A stretch of DNA of 14,415 nucleotides from Coleofasciculus sp. B1-GNL1-01 (lineage in GTDB: Bacteria; Cyanobacteriota; Cyanobacteriia; Cyanobacteriales; Coleofasciculaceae). The first letter of the stretch is position 1. Each line of letters starts with the position of its first letter. Under the pieces are notes generated by a model. The model made no database searches. It was not told the DNA's origin and saw nothing but the letters and a program-made list of their open reading frames with translations. The DNA is taken from assembly GCA_040220235.1 (NCBI GenBank), contig JAVJTO010000116.1; one strand, written 5' to 3'. Position numbers and translations under genes: made by a program. Shown here in pieces: positions 1-7,932 of the stretch.

Positions 1-22
1 AATAAGTCTTGTGGTGGGGAGA

Positions 23-50
23 GGCAATAGGGAATAGGCAATGGGCAATG
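23..50. repeat. Heptamer tandem repeat (4 x GG[C/G]AAT[A/G]), STRR-like
   Basis: Units ggcaata gggaata ggcaatg ggcaatg read directly. Confidence 0.7.
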
Positions 51-55
51 GTTTT

Positions 56-79
56 AACATCTCGACTTCGCTCGATGTT
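56..79. repeat. Small dispersed repeat: CTCGACTTCGCTCG core with complementary flanks
   Basis: aacat-ctcgacttcgctcg-atgtt; the identical core recurs at 2815-2828. Confidence 0.7.
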
Positions 80-245
80 GACCCTCTGTCGAGGTAAAAT
101 TTGGTGCTGTTGTCGGCGAAAATTCCAGGATGCAAGACGGTTATAGTGTAAAAACCTTGCACTTGTTGGGTCGAAAAATGGCTGGAAACCCTTATCTGGT
201 CTACCTTACACGCTTATGCAGCAAGCCTTAACTAGAATTTGGTAA

Positions 246-316
246 GTAGGGGCAGGCTTGACTATGATCATTGATCTTATGTTTCCTGACAACAGATGTG
301 AATAAACCCGCCCTGC
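246..316 (+). repeat. Solitary degenerate REP of the RAYT-flanking family
   Basis: GTAG-gggcaggctt (246-259), 44-nt loop, aaacccgccctgc (304-316); compare GTAG-gggcgggttt...aaacccgccctgc at 14151-14216. Confidence 0.7.
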
Positions 317-346
317 TCCCAAGAATTAACCTACCCCAAACAAGAA

Positions 347-376
347 TGTAGAGACGTAGCATGCTACGTCTCTACA
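347..376. repeat. Perfect 30-bp GTAG-footed palindrome (REP-like) just downstream of petJ
   Basis: tgtagagacgtagca|tgctacgtctctaca, ending 16 nt past the petJ stop; may also stabilise or terminate the transcript (inference). Confidence 0.85.
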
Positions 377-392
377 GTGTGAGGGATCTGAA

Positions 393-725
393 TTACCAGC
401 CCGTTTCAGCTTGCTCTAACACATAAGCGGCAACGTTTTCAATGTCGGAATCGCTTAAGCGTCCGCCAAAAGCAGGCATAGCTCCTTTTCCGTTTGTTAC
501 CTGGTAGACAATTGCATCCATGGAGTCCATGCCATACTTCTCTAAGGCATCTTTTTTCAGGGTCTTCTGTGCCATAACAATGTTGTTGCCCCCTATATGG
601 CAAGCATTACAGTTAGCACTAAAGATTGTGGCACCCTTTGCGGTGTCAGCAGCGAGAGCCGGACGGCTGAATGCCAAACCAAACACGGCGACGGCGAGTA
701 AAATGATGGACAGAATTTTCTTCAA
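393..725 (-). CDS. petJ: Cytochrome c6 precursor
   Basis: Signal peptide ending ALA-AD, haem motif [30 protein letters not shown] (axial Met; Gln typical of true c6), C-terminal GW. TTG start with an AGAGGAG ribosome-binding site upstream on the minus strand. Confidence 0.96.
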   Translation of the reverse strand: MKKILSIILLAVAVFGLAFSRPALAADTAKGATIFSANCNACHIGGNNIVMAQKTLKKDALEKYGMDSMDAIVYQVTNGKGAMPAFGGRLSDSDIENVAAYVLEQAETGW

Positions 726-920
726 AGTAGTTCTCCTCTTCTCAAAACAGACAGTAAGTATTATTGCTCAATTATCAATTGCAGCAATGTGGGACAGAAT
801 TGACCTAATCCATCAATCCGATGCTATAGGCATGATGCAATAGTGTCTGCCTTTCTACAAATTTTACCAGGATACGCGCCTAATCCAGAGTTTCGTGCCA
901 AGTCAAATAGCCAAGACGCC

Positions 921-1015
921 GGGGAGTTGGGGGAGCTGGGGAAGCTGGGGAAGCCATGTAGAGACGTGCCATGGCGCGTCTGGAAGCGGGGGGAGAAAAA
1001 ATTAAATTAGAGCTT
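921..1015 (+). repeat. Composite repeat: 9-mer array (GGG[G/A]AG[C/T]TG) interrupted by a GTAG palindrome, then a conserved tail
   Basis: 9-mers at 921-954; gtagagacgtgccatggcgcgtct at 958-981; tail gaagcggggggagaaaaaattaaattagagctt at 983-1015. Confidence 0.75.
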
Positions 1016-1154
1016 GAACGATGAATCAGCAATCCGGAACATTGATTAACTTTTAAGGAAAGATTAAGTTTGAAAACGGTTTGTAATAAATCTCATACTT
1101 TTTGATACAAAACTCAAATTTACTCGATTTTTTTTACGATAAATACCGCCAATT

Positions 1155-1170
1155 AGTGAAGTAAATCACA
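1155..1170. promoter_or_regulatory. Candidate CRP-family (SYCRP1-like) binding site
   Basis: AGTGA-agtaaa-TCACA, a 9/10 match to TGTGA-N6-TCACA, about 90 nt upstream of the 1262 start. Confidence 0.5.
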
Positions 1171-1261
1171 TCTTACTGATTGGAAAACACATAAAATATC
1201 CTCAAAGCGGTGGTTAATCCGTAAATCTAAATATATTTACTTAAGTAAAGGGAAACCTAAA

Positions 1262-2722
1262 ATGACAGCAAAAAAGCTTCATCAGCAAGAGAGTTCCTAT
1301 AATTATCAAACCAATGGACGAATGAATACAGAATTCAAAGACGCTGTAGGTATAGAGACTTTAGCGAATCTAGGGATTGGGCAGCAAAACTTTGTGAATA
1401 GGAATTTGGAGCGAACGCTTAAAGAATTATCTGATTTAGAATTTGCCTTAGATCGAGCCGCAATTGTGGCGCTTACCGATAAACAGGGCGTGATTCACTA
1501 TGTCAATGATAAATTTTGCGAAATATCACAATATCGTCGAGAAGAGTTAATTGGCAAAACCCATCGCCTGATCAAATCGGGTCATCATCCGCCAGCATTT
1601 TTTAAAGAATTCTGGACGACGATCGCATCGGGCAAAGTCTGGAAAGGCGAAATCAAAAATAAAGCTAAAGACGGAACCTATTATTGGGTGGATACTACTG
1701 TTGTTCCTTTTTTAAATGAACAGGGAGAAATCTACCAATATTTAGCCATTCGCTTTGATATCACCGAGCGCAAGCAGGTAGAACAAGCCTTGCAACAATC
1801 GGAACTGAAGGCGCGACAACAAGCCCAACAACTCGAAGAGACATTGGAGAAGCTTAAACAAACCCAGAGTCAACTGATTCAAAGCGAAAAAATGTCCAGC
1901 GTGGGTCAACTGCTGGCTGGAATTGCCCACGAAATTAATAATCCGGTCAATTTTATTTACGGCAATCTGGTTCATACTCGTGAGTATGTTAATAGTGTGT
2001 TACAGGTTTTGGCGCTTTACCAGAAACATTGTCCCGTGGAAATACCTGAGATTGAAGCCGTTATCGAGGAAGAGGATATCGAGTTTATTGTTGAAGATTT
2101 ACCCAAAATGGTATCGTCCATGCAAATCGGAGCCAACCGCATCCGAGATATTGTGCTGTCGTTGCGGAACTTCTCGCGTCTGGATGAGCAGCAGATGCAA
2201 TCGGTTGATATTCATCAAGGGTTAGACAGTACCTTATTGATTCTGCACAATCGCTTAAAAGCTAAAGCTGAACGCCCGGAAATTCAGGTGATTAAAAATT
2301 ATGGGGATCTGCCGCCTGTGATGTGTTATGGCAGTCAGCTTAATCAAGTGTTTATGAATCTGATTGCCAATGCGATTGACGCCTTTGACAATCAGCCTGA
2401 ACCGCGACAAATTACGATTTCTACAGCCGTGCAAAGCGGAGAATATTGGCAGAATCAGGGGATACTTTCAGAGTGCGATCGCGCTTCTCAGACGCCGTGG
2501 GCGGTGATTACCATTGCTGATAATGGACCCGGAATGCCAAAAGCGACTCAGGATCACTTATTTGATCCCTTCTTTACCACTAAACCTACGGGGAAGGGGA
2601 CAGGGTTAGGGTTATCCATCGCCCATAATATCGTCGTGGAAAAGCATCAGGGTCAAATCCGCTGTATGTCCCAGCCGGGAAAGGGAACCCAGTTTATCGT
2701 GGCGATTCCCTTGGTGCAGTAG
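1262..2722 (+). CDS. Soluble PAS-domain sensor histidine kinase (PAS-HisKA-HATPase)
   Basis: PAS/PAC (YVNDKF...W.GEIKN..KDGTYYWV), H-box AHEINNP, N-box [31 protein letters not shown]. The start could alternatively be the ATG at 1322. Confidence 0.93.
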   Translation: MTAKKLHQQESSYNYQTNGRMNTEFKDAVGIETLANLGIGQQNFVNRNLERTLKELSDLEFALDRAAIVALTDKQGVIHYVNDKFCEISQYRREELIGKTHRLIKSGHHPPAFFKEFWTTIASGKVWKGEIKNKAKDGTYYWVDTTVVPFLNEQGEIYQYLAIRFDITERKQVEQALQQSELKARQQAQQLEETLEKLKQTQSQLIQSEKMSSVGQLLAGIAHEINNPVNFIYGNLVHTREYVNSVLQVLALYQKHCPVEIPEIEAVIEEEDIEFIVEDLPKMVSSMQIGANRIRDIVLSLRNFSRLDEQQMQSVDIHQGLDSTLLILHNRLKAKAERPEIQVIKNYGDLPPVMCYGSQLNQVFMNLIANAIDAFDNQPEPRQITISTAVQSGEYWQNQGILSECDRASQTPWAVITIADNGPGMPKATQDHLFDPFFTTKPTGKGTGLGLSIAHNIVVEKHQGQIRCMSQPGKGTQFIVAIPLVQ

Positions 2723-2723
2723 G

Positions 2724-2800
2724 GATGGGAGTGATGAGGGAGATGAGGGAGATGGGGAAGCTTGTAGAGACGCGCCATGGCGCGTCTGGGAGCTGGGGGA
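2724..2800 (+). repeat. 9-mer array (GATG[A/G]GG[G/A]A) with an embedded GTAG-footed 20-bp palindrome
   Basis: 9-mers at 2724-2759; GTAG at 2764-2767; perfect palindrome agacgcgccatggcgcgtct at 2768-2787; the array resumes as gggagctggggga. Confidence 0.8.
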
Positions 2801-2844
2801 ACACCTCGACTGACCTCGACTTCGCTCGGTCACACGCTCGGTGT
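2801..2844. repeat. Nested pair of CTCGACT(T/A)CGCTCG small dispersed repeats
   Basis: Removing 2812-2833 restores acac-ctcgactacgctcg-gtgt; the inner copy reads tgac-ctcgacttcgctcg-gtca (2811-2832). Confidence 0.75.
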
Positions 2845-2857
2845 GTCAGATGGGGGA

Positions 2858-2906
2858 AACGAATGACGAATGACAAATGACGAATGACCAATAACGAATG
2901 ACAAAT
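2858..2906. repeat. Heptamer tandem repeat, 7 x [G/A]AC[G/A/C]AAT (STRR2-like)
   Basis: aacgaat gacgaat gacaaat gacgaat gaccaat aacgaat gacaaat. Confidence 0.85.
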
Positions 2907-2944
2907 CTGCCAAAATAGGAACAAAGGGTTTAAATGCACAGGCG

Positions 2945-3961
2945 ATGGCGTGGACAATAGGGCAGAAACTACACAATGGTCAATACACCATTGAGAAAAC
3001 ATTAGGCAAGGCGGGTTTCAGTATTACCTACCTAGCGACAGACGCACAAGGAAACGAACTGGTCATCAAAACGCTGAATGAGGATCGACTCAAACGGCTA
3101 ACTCCTTTACGTCGGGAAAGTCTCAAATGTAAGTTTGTCAATGAAGCGCGGCGGCTAGAAGGCTGTAAGCATCCTCATATCATCAAGGTGTACAAGACAT
3201 TCGTTGAAGGACAGTTTTTTTGTCTAGCGATGGAGTACATTCGGGGAAAGAGTCTAGGGAACCTGTCTCAACGAGTGTTACCCGAAAAGGAAGCGTTGAG
3301 TTATATCCAGCAGATGGGGGAAGCGCTGATCGCTGCCCATCAGCAGGGATTGCTGCATCAGAATGTAAAACCTGCCAATATTATGGTGAGGGCGGGTCAA
3401 TATCAGGCGGTACTGATTGATTTTGACCTGGGCGGAAAATTTGAGTATCCCTTAACTTTGGGATGGCAAGATGAAGTTTTTGCCCCGATTGAACTCAAGT
3501 CGAAGACGCGATCGCGCGGAACGTTTACAGATGTCTATTCTCTGGCGGCAACGCTGTATGTACTCTTAACCGGGAAGCTACCCCCCACCTCTAGCGATCG
3601 CCAAAAGGGTAAGGCGGATTTAATTCCCCCAAAACAGATTAATTCTCAAATTTCTAAGCGTGTCAATAAAGCGATTTTGGCGGGAATGAAACTTGAACCC
3701 GAAGCACGCCCCAAGTCGGTGCTGGATTGGTTGAAATTGTTGGGACTACAGCGAGAGGGTGTGATTTCTGGATTAGGCAAAAAACCCCGTTGGGCGATGG
3801 TTGTGGGGATTTTAGGGGTAGTTGGTGTCGTCGCTGGCGTGGTATCTGCCAGTCTTGGAGGAACAGGATTTTGGGATAATATTATTCCTGAATCTTCTCC
3901 AGATGTCAACTCCTCCACCTCATCCCCCTTATACTTAAAATCACCAGAAACCGAAGAATAA
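2945..3961 (+). CDS. Hanks-type Ser/Thr kinase-fold protein with C-terminal TM helix; probable pseudokinase
   Basis: LGKAGFSITYLA, VIK, NEAR, MEYIRG, HQNVKPANI, IDFD, FAPIE, DVYSLAATLY; hydrophobic segment WAMVVGILGVVGVVAGVV. Confidence 0.9.
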   Translation: MAWTIGQKLHNGQYTIEKTLGKAGFSITYLATDAQGNELVIKTLNEDRLKRLTPLRRESLKCKFVNEARRLEGCKHPHIIKVYKTFVEGQFFCLAMEYIRGKSLGNLSQRVLPEKEALSYIQQMGEALIAAHQQGLLHQNVKPANIMVRAGQYQAVLIDFDLGGKFEYPLTLGWQDEVFAPIELKSKTRSRGTFTDVYSLAATLYVLLTGKLPPTSSDRQKGKADLIPPKQINSQISKRVNKAILAGMKLEPEARPKSVLDWLKLLGLQREGVISGLGKKPRWAMVVGILGVVGVVAGVVSASLGGTGFWDNIIPESSPDVNSSTSSPLYLKSPETEE

Positions 3962-4056
3962 CTGTGCGATCGCGCGATTGATCCTATGACCCCCTCTCCT
4001 TCTGAGTGGCATCAGAAGAGAGTTTATCATTAGTAAATTTGTGATGAGGTAAAGTT

Positions 4057-4272
4057 ATGTTTGTTAAAGGGATTAAAAGAGGAAAAACCATTGAGTTATT
4101 AGAGGATGTGGATTTTCCAGATAACCAAGAGGTTTTAGTAGAAATTAAAGAGGTTAAGGATTTTTGGTCGGCGTTACAGGATTTTAGGCAAAGGGTAGAT
4201 CTAGAAAGTCTTGATGATGATACGTTTGAAAATTTACGGGATAAGTCACCGGGACGAGAGGTGAATTTGTGA
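4057..4272 (+). CDS. Probable antitoxin of a VapBC-type module
   Basis: 71 aa, acidic C-terminal half, GAGG RBS-like sequence upstream, 4-bp GTGA overlap with the downstream PIN gene. Confidence 0.75.
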   Translation: MFVKGIKRGKTIELLEDVDFPDNQEVLVEIKEVKDFWSALQDFRQRVDLESLDDDTFENLRDKSPGREVNL

Positions 4273-4694
4273 GCCTAAAATATTTATTAGATACAAATGT
4301 TCTGTCTGAGGCTAAACGACCCCGACCCAATCATAATGTAATGCAAAAGCTCAGGTTATATCAACGGGAAATAGCAACAGCTACTGTGGTTATCCATGAG
4401 TTACTATATGGGTGTTTTCGACTTCCTGTGTCTCAAAAACGACAAGATTTAGAAGATTATATAAATAATGTTATTTTAGCAAGACTACCTTTATTTGATT
4501 ATGACTTAAAAGCGGCACAATATCACGCACAGGAAAGAGCGAGGTTATCTAAGGTAGGTAAAACCCCTGCTTTTGGTGATGGTCAAATAGCATCTATTGC
4601 GTTGACTAACGATTTGGTTTTAGTGACAAATAATGTTTCTGATTTTCAAGATTTTGATGGTCTGGAAGTAGAAAACTGGTTTGATTCTTGGTAA
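4269..4694 (+). CDS. vapC: PIN-domain ribonuclease toxin (VapC family)
   Basis: YLLDTNVLSE, HELLYG, D.QIASIAL, LVTNN..DF, LEVENW; GTG start coupled to the upstream stop. Confidence 0.92.
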   Translation: MSLKYLLDTNVLSEAKRPRPNHNVMQKLRLYQREIATATVVIHELLYGCFRLPVSQKRQDLEDYINNVILARLPLFDYDLKAAQYHAQERARLSKVGKTPAFGDGQIASIALTNDLVLVTNNVSDFQDFDGLEVENWFDSW

Positions 4695-4700
4695 AAGGGA

Positions 4701-4828
4701 TAAGCTGTCATGCATTTAAATTGGGTATTAGTAGCGAGCAAGATGCAAAGCCTGCGGCATGGCTTCGCTTAACGCACTACAAGGCTTTCGCCGTTATTGA
4801 TATTAAGGTTTAAATGCCAAACAGCTTA
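4701..4828. mobile_element. 128-bp MITE-like element with 20-bp imperfect terminal inverted repeats
   Basis: taagctgtcatgcatttaaa (4701-4720) versus the reverse complement of 4809-4828, taagctgtttggcatttaaa: 17/20; TA at both ends; no coding capacity. Confidence 0.7.
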
Positions 4829-4879
4829 ATAGGACACGGCAATCCTTACCCCTACCACAGCTGAGGGATAATTGATTCG

Positions 4880-4904
4880 GTAGGGGTACGATACTATCGT
4901 ACCC
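4880..4904 (+). repeat. GTAG-footed hairpin (REP-like)
   Basis: GTAG-gggtacgata-c-tatcgtaccc, a perfect 10-bp inverted repeat. Confidence 0.75.
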
Positions 4905-4993
4905 TGATCTAGCTTTAGTGCAATCCAATCTAAAACTCAAACAGATAGGAACAATTTATACCAAATCCGGGTTAGCTACCCCCGTTATAAACC

Positions 4994-5039
4994 AGTCCGC
5001 GCAGGCGGACTTTGTTTGTGTAGCAGCGATTTCAATCGC
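4994..5039. repeat. Double-hairpin repeat at the 3' end of the minus-strand kinase gene
   Basis: agtccgc-gcag-gcggact then tttgtttgt-like spacer and GTAG-ca-gcgatt-tc-aatcgc; lies between convergent genes, so it may also terminate transcription (inference). Confidence 0.6.
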
Positions 5040-5050
5040 CTCCTCTTGCT

Positions 5051-7501
5051 TCAAGTTAAGGGAATTTCTAAGATAAACTCGGTTCCTTGATCCGGTACAG
5101 AAAAACACAGAATATTACCCTTATGTTTGCCCACGATAATCTGGTGGCTAATCGCTAACCCCAAACCGGTACCACGTCCCACAGGTTTAGTGGTAAAAAA
5201 TGGGTCAAATATTTTTTCTTGTATCTCCTCACTCATACCGATTCCATTATCAGAAATCCGAATCACGACAACCTCCGGGGCAGCAGGAATAGCACTTGAA
5301 AACCCTTGACTCTCAATACTGCTCGGATAAGCTCTAAGTTTAATTTTTTCTCCCCCTGCTTCCCCTGCTTCCCCTGCTTCCCCTGCTTCCCCTGTTTCCC
5401 CTGCTTCCCCTGCTTCCTCTGCTTCCCCTGCTTCCTCTGCTTCCCCTGCTTCCTCTGCTTCCTCTGCTTCCCCTGCTTTCGTCTTACTTTGCCTGAGTTC
5501 GGTGCTAACTGTAATTGTGGGAACCAATCTTAATTTTAAATTGTGAAATTTGCTATCGGTTTGTAACGCATCAATCGCATTTTCAATCAACATCATAACG
5601 ACTTGATTTAATTGACTGGCGTAACAGGTAAGCAAGGGAATTTGACTATACTCTTTAATCACTTTAATATTGGTTGCACGCAATCGGTGTTCCATCAAAA
5701 CCAGCGTTGTATCAATCCCCTCATGAATATTCACGGATTTCAGTTCGGCTTCATCTAGCCCAGAAAATCGCCGCAGTGATTTAACAATCTGATGAATTCG
5801 ATTCACACCAATGTTCATGGAGTGCATTAATTGGGGTAGATCCTCTTGTAAGAACTCTAATTCAATCTCTTCAATACAACTTTGAATCTCTGGATGATCC
5901 TCATTGTAAATAGTCTGGTAAAGTTGGACTAATTTAATTAAATAATCAAAATATTGACGAGCGATGGGAATATTCCCAGCAATAAACGTAGCTGGATTGT
6001 TAATTTCGTGGGCAACTCCAGCAACCATTTGTCCCAAACTTGACATTTTTTTGGATTGAATCAGTTGAGATTGCGTTTGTTGTAATTCCGATAGCGTCAG
6101 TTTCAATTCTCGTGCTTTTTGACGTTCTCGTGCTTCCGATTGTTGTAACTCTGCTTCAGCTTGCAGGCGTTCCAGTTCTACCCCAGCACGGGCGATAAAT
6201 ATTTGTAAAATCATCCGTTTTTCAACGGTTAACGGCATTGGTTTCTCGTCTAACACGGCTAAAAAACCGATGACATTGCCGTCAGAGTCTTTCAAAGGAC
6301 TGCCAAAGTAACTGTGAGCATTAATTTCTTGTAAAAAGCGATCCTTAGGAAACAGTTGTTGCAAGTTTTTAGGATAGTGGCAAGCATTATCCAGCAACAT
6401 ATCTTCACAGGGGGTATTTTTCAAATCATACTCAATATTTTTATGCCAGGTTTCACCTGTCCAATAGGATAATGTGCGAACTCGCGTACCCGCAGGATTG
6501 GCAAATTTAGCAATTAATGCGTAACGAACTTGGAGAACTTCTGCTAAATAACACACACAAGAATGCAGGAATTTATCACCCGTTGTGGCGGCGGTTCCTT
6601 CTACAATTAATCGCAACGCTTCTTGTCGCCGTTTGCGTTCGGTCATATCCACGGAAATACCGAAGAGTTGAATCACTTTTCCTTGGTCATTGAGAATTGC
6701 TTCTCCTCTGGATTCAAGATGGCGAATTTGCCCATTGGGGCGGATAACTCGAAACTCGATATCGTAAGGTTGTCCTGAGGCGATCGCATCCTGGACGGTT
6801 TCTTCAAATAGGGGTTGATCATCCGGATGAATGCGTTGGATAATATCCTCGTAGGTAATCGCTGACGAATTGGGATCAAGTCCAAAGATACGATATTTTT
6901 CCCTTGACCAGGTAACCTGGCGGGTGCGGACATCAAATTCCCAACTCCCGATTTGGGCAATTCTTTGGGCTTGCAAGAGTGAGGCTTCACTTATACGCAG
7001 TTTGGCTTCAGCATTCTGGCGGTCTTGGATTTCCTGGCTTAACCGGGCATTTTCTTGCTTCAGTTGCCGTTGTAATCGTAAGATGTGTAACTGATGTTCG
7101 ATTCGGGCTAAAACTTCTTGGGTTTCAATCGGTTTACTGATGTAGTCAGCCGCCCCAATCTCAAAGGCTTTGACTTTATCAAAGGTTTCCTTGAGGGCGC
7201 TGATAAAAATGATCGGAATGGCTTGAGTTTCCGGATTGGCTTTTAACTGTTGACAGACTTGATATCCATCCATGTCGGGCATTAAAATATCGAGTAAAAT
7301 TAAATCAGGCTGCATAATATTCACAGACTGAAGTGTCTGTCGCCCATTCAGGGATACTCTGACGTTATATCCTTGTTCTGTTAAAACATTTCGTAATACA
7401 CTTAAATTATCGGGAGAGTCATCAACGATTAAGATTGTTTCTTTGAGTTGGCTGTTTTGGGAAACTGGCGTCTTTGAACGCGACAATAAGTAGTTGGTCA
7501 T
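5051..7501 (-). CDS. Hybrid histidine kinase (REC-PAS-GAF-HisKA-HATPase) with a repeat insertion
   Basis: REC ([23 protein letters not shown]), PAS (GSWEFD...IHPDD), GAF-like (TPCE...YFGSPL...FLAVLD), [26 protein letters not shown]. Confidence 0.93.
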   Translation of the reverse strand: MTNYLLSRSKTPVSQNSQLKETILIVDDSPDNLSVLRNVLTEQGYNVRVSLNGRQTLQSVNIMQPDLILLDILMPDMDGYQVCQQLKANPETQAIPIIFISALKETFDKVKAFEIGAADYISKPIETQEVLARIEHQLHILRLQRQLKQENARLSQEIQDRQNAEAKLRISEASLLQAQRIAQIGSWEFDVRTRQVTWSREKYRIFGLDPNSSAITYEDIIQRIHPDDQPLFEETVQDAIASGQPYDIEFRVIRPNGQIRHLESRGEAILNDQGKVIQLFGISVDMTERKRRQEALRLIVEGTAATTGDKFLHSCVCYLAEVLQVRYALIAKFANPAGTRVRTLSYWTGETWHKNIEYDLKNTPCEDMLLDNACHYPKNLQQLFPKDRFLQEINAHSYFGSPLKDSDGNVIGFLAVLDEKPMPLTVEKRMILQIFIARAGVELERLQAEAELQQSEARERQKARELKLTLSELQQTQSQLIQSKKMSSLGQMVAGVAHEINNPATFIAGNIPIARQYFDYLIKLVQLYQTIYNEDHPEIQSCIEEIELEFLQEDLPQLMHSMNIGVNRIHQIVKSLRRFSGLDEAELKSVNIHEGIDTTLVLMEHRLRATNIKVIKEYSQIPLLTCYASQLNQVVMMLIENAIDALQTDSKFHNLKLRLVPTITVSTELRQSKTKAGEAEEAEEAGEAEEAGEAEEAGEAGETGEAGEAGEAGEAGGEKIKLRAYPSSIESQGFSSAIPAAPEVVVIRISDNGIGMSEEIQEKIFDPFFTTKPVGRGTGLGLAISHQIIVGKHKGNILCFSVPDQGTEFILEIPLT
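5353..5478 (-). repeat. 14 x 9-bp tandem repeat inside the kinase CDS (encodes AGE/AEE repeats)
   Basis: Plus-strand units cc[c/t]ctg[c/t]tt, 126 bp, frame-preserving. Confidence 0.95.
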
Positions 7502-7738
7502 TCGACTGATTGCTGGGTATCTAAATTTACTAGCTGATATACTATTATTTTTTGGTCAGTGTTCATTTATATTTTCTTAATTTATATTAACTCAATCGGA
7601 CATCACACTCAACTAGACCGCAGATATTGGAGGAGATTGGCGCAAATCTTTGTCAAATCTTTACAAAGCAGCCCCTAGTGTGAAGATTCTGTAAATTTTT
7701 GTTAACTCCCCCCTTGTTGATAGAAGTAACCGTCTGGT

Positions 7739-7805
7739 AGATCCCCGACTTCTGAATCCAATTTATTTGGGATAATCAGGGTTTCAACAAAGAAGTCGGG
7801 GATCT
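7739..7805. repeat. Perfect 15-bp inverted repeat with a 37-nt spacer
   Basis: agatccccgacttct (7739-7753) and agaagtcggggatct (7791-7805); GTAG overlaps the left end (7737-7740). Confidence 0.85.
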
Positions 7806-7932
7806 GGAGTAGCGTAAGCTTATCTCAATTCTCCGATAGTCCCCCTGATCCCCCCGTCGCCCCTGCTTTTGGCGCTTAAGTTGACACGGATGAAGTCTTT
7901 GCCCCCCTACAGTTTCTGGGCGTGGGGTGAAT

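Noticed and set aside
83..227. Possible MITE/IS remnant ending in cttatgcagcaagcc
   Set aside because: Looks like an element terminus from memory, but no matching inverted end or target duplication is visible in the window.
520..843. 107-aa plus-strand ORF
   Set aside because: Largely the antisense shadow of petJ; no recognisable motif.
1083..1176. NtcA sites upstream of the PAS kinase
   Set aside because: Both candidates are GTA-N10-TAC, not the canonical GTA-N8-TAC.
2612..3002. Minus-strand ORFs 2612..2833 and 2694..3002
   Set aside because: Run through 9-mer and 7-mer repeats and overlap real genes on the opposite strand.
4958..4985. Possible MITE end (tataccaaatccgggttagctaccccc)
   Set aside because: No partner inverted repeat found in the window.
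5306..5533. Cys-rich (CFP)n ORF resembling a metal-binding or RiPP precursor peptide
   Set aside because: Antisense reading of the 9-bp repeat inside the kinase gene; no modifying enzymes nearby.
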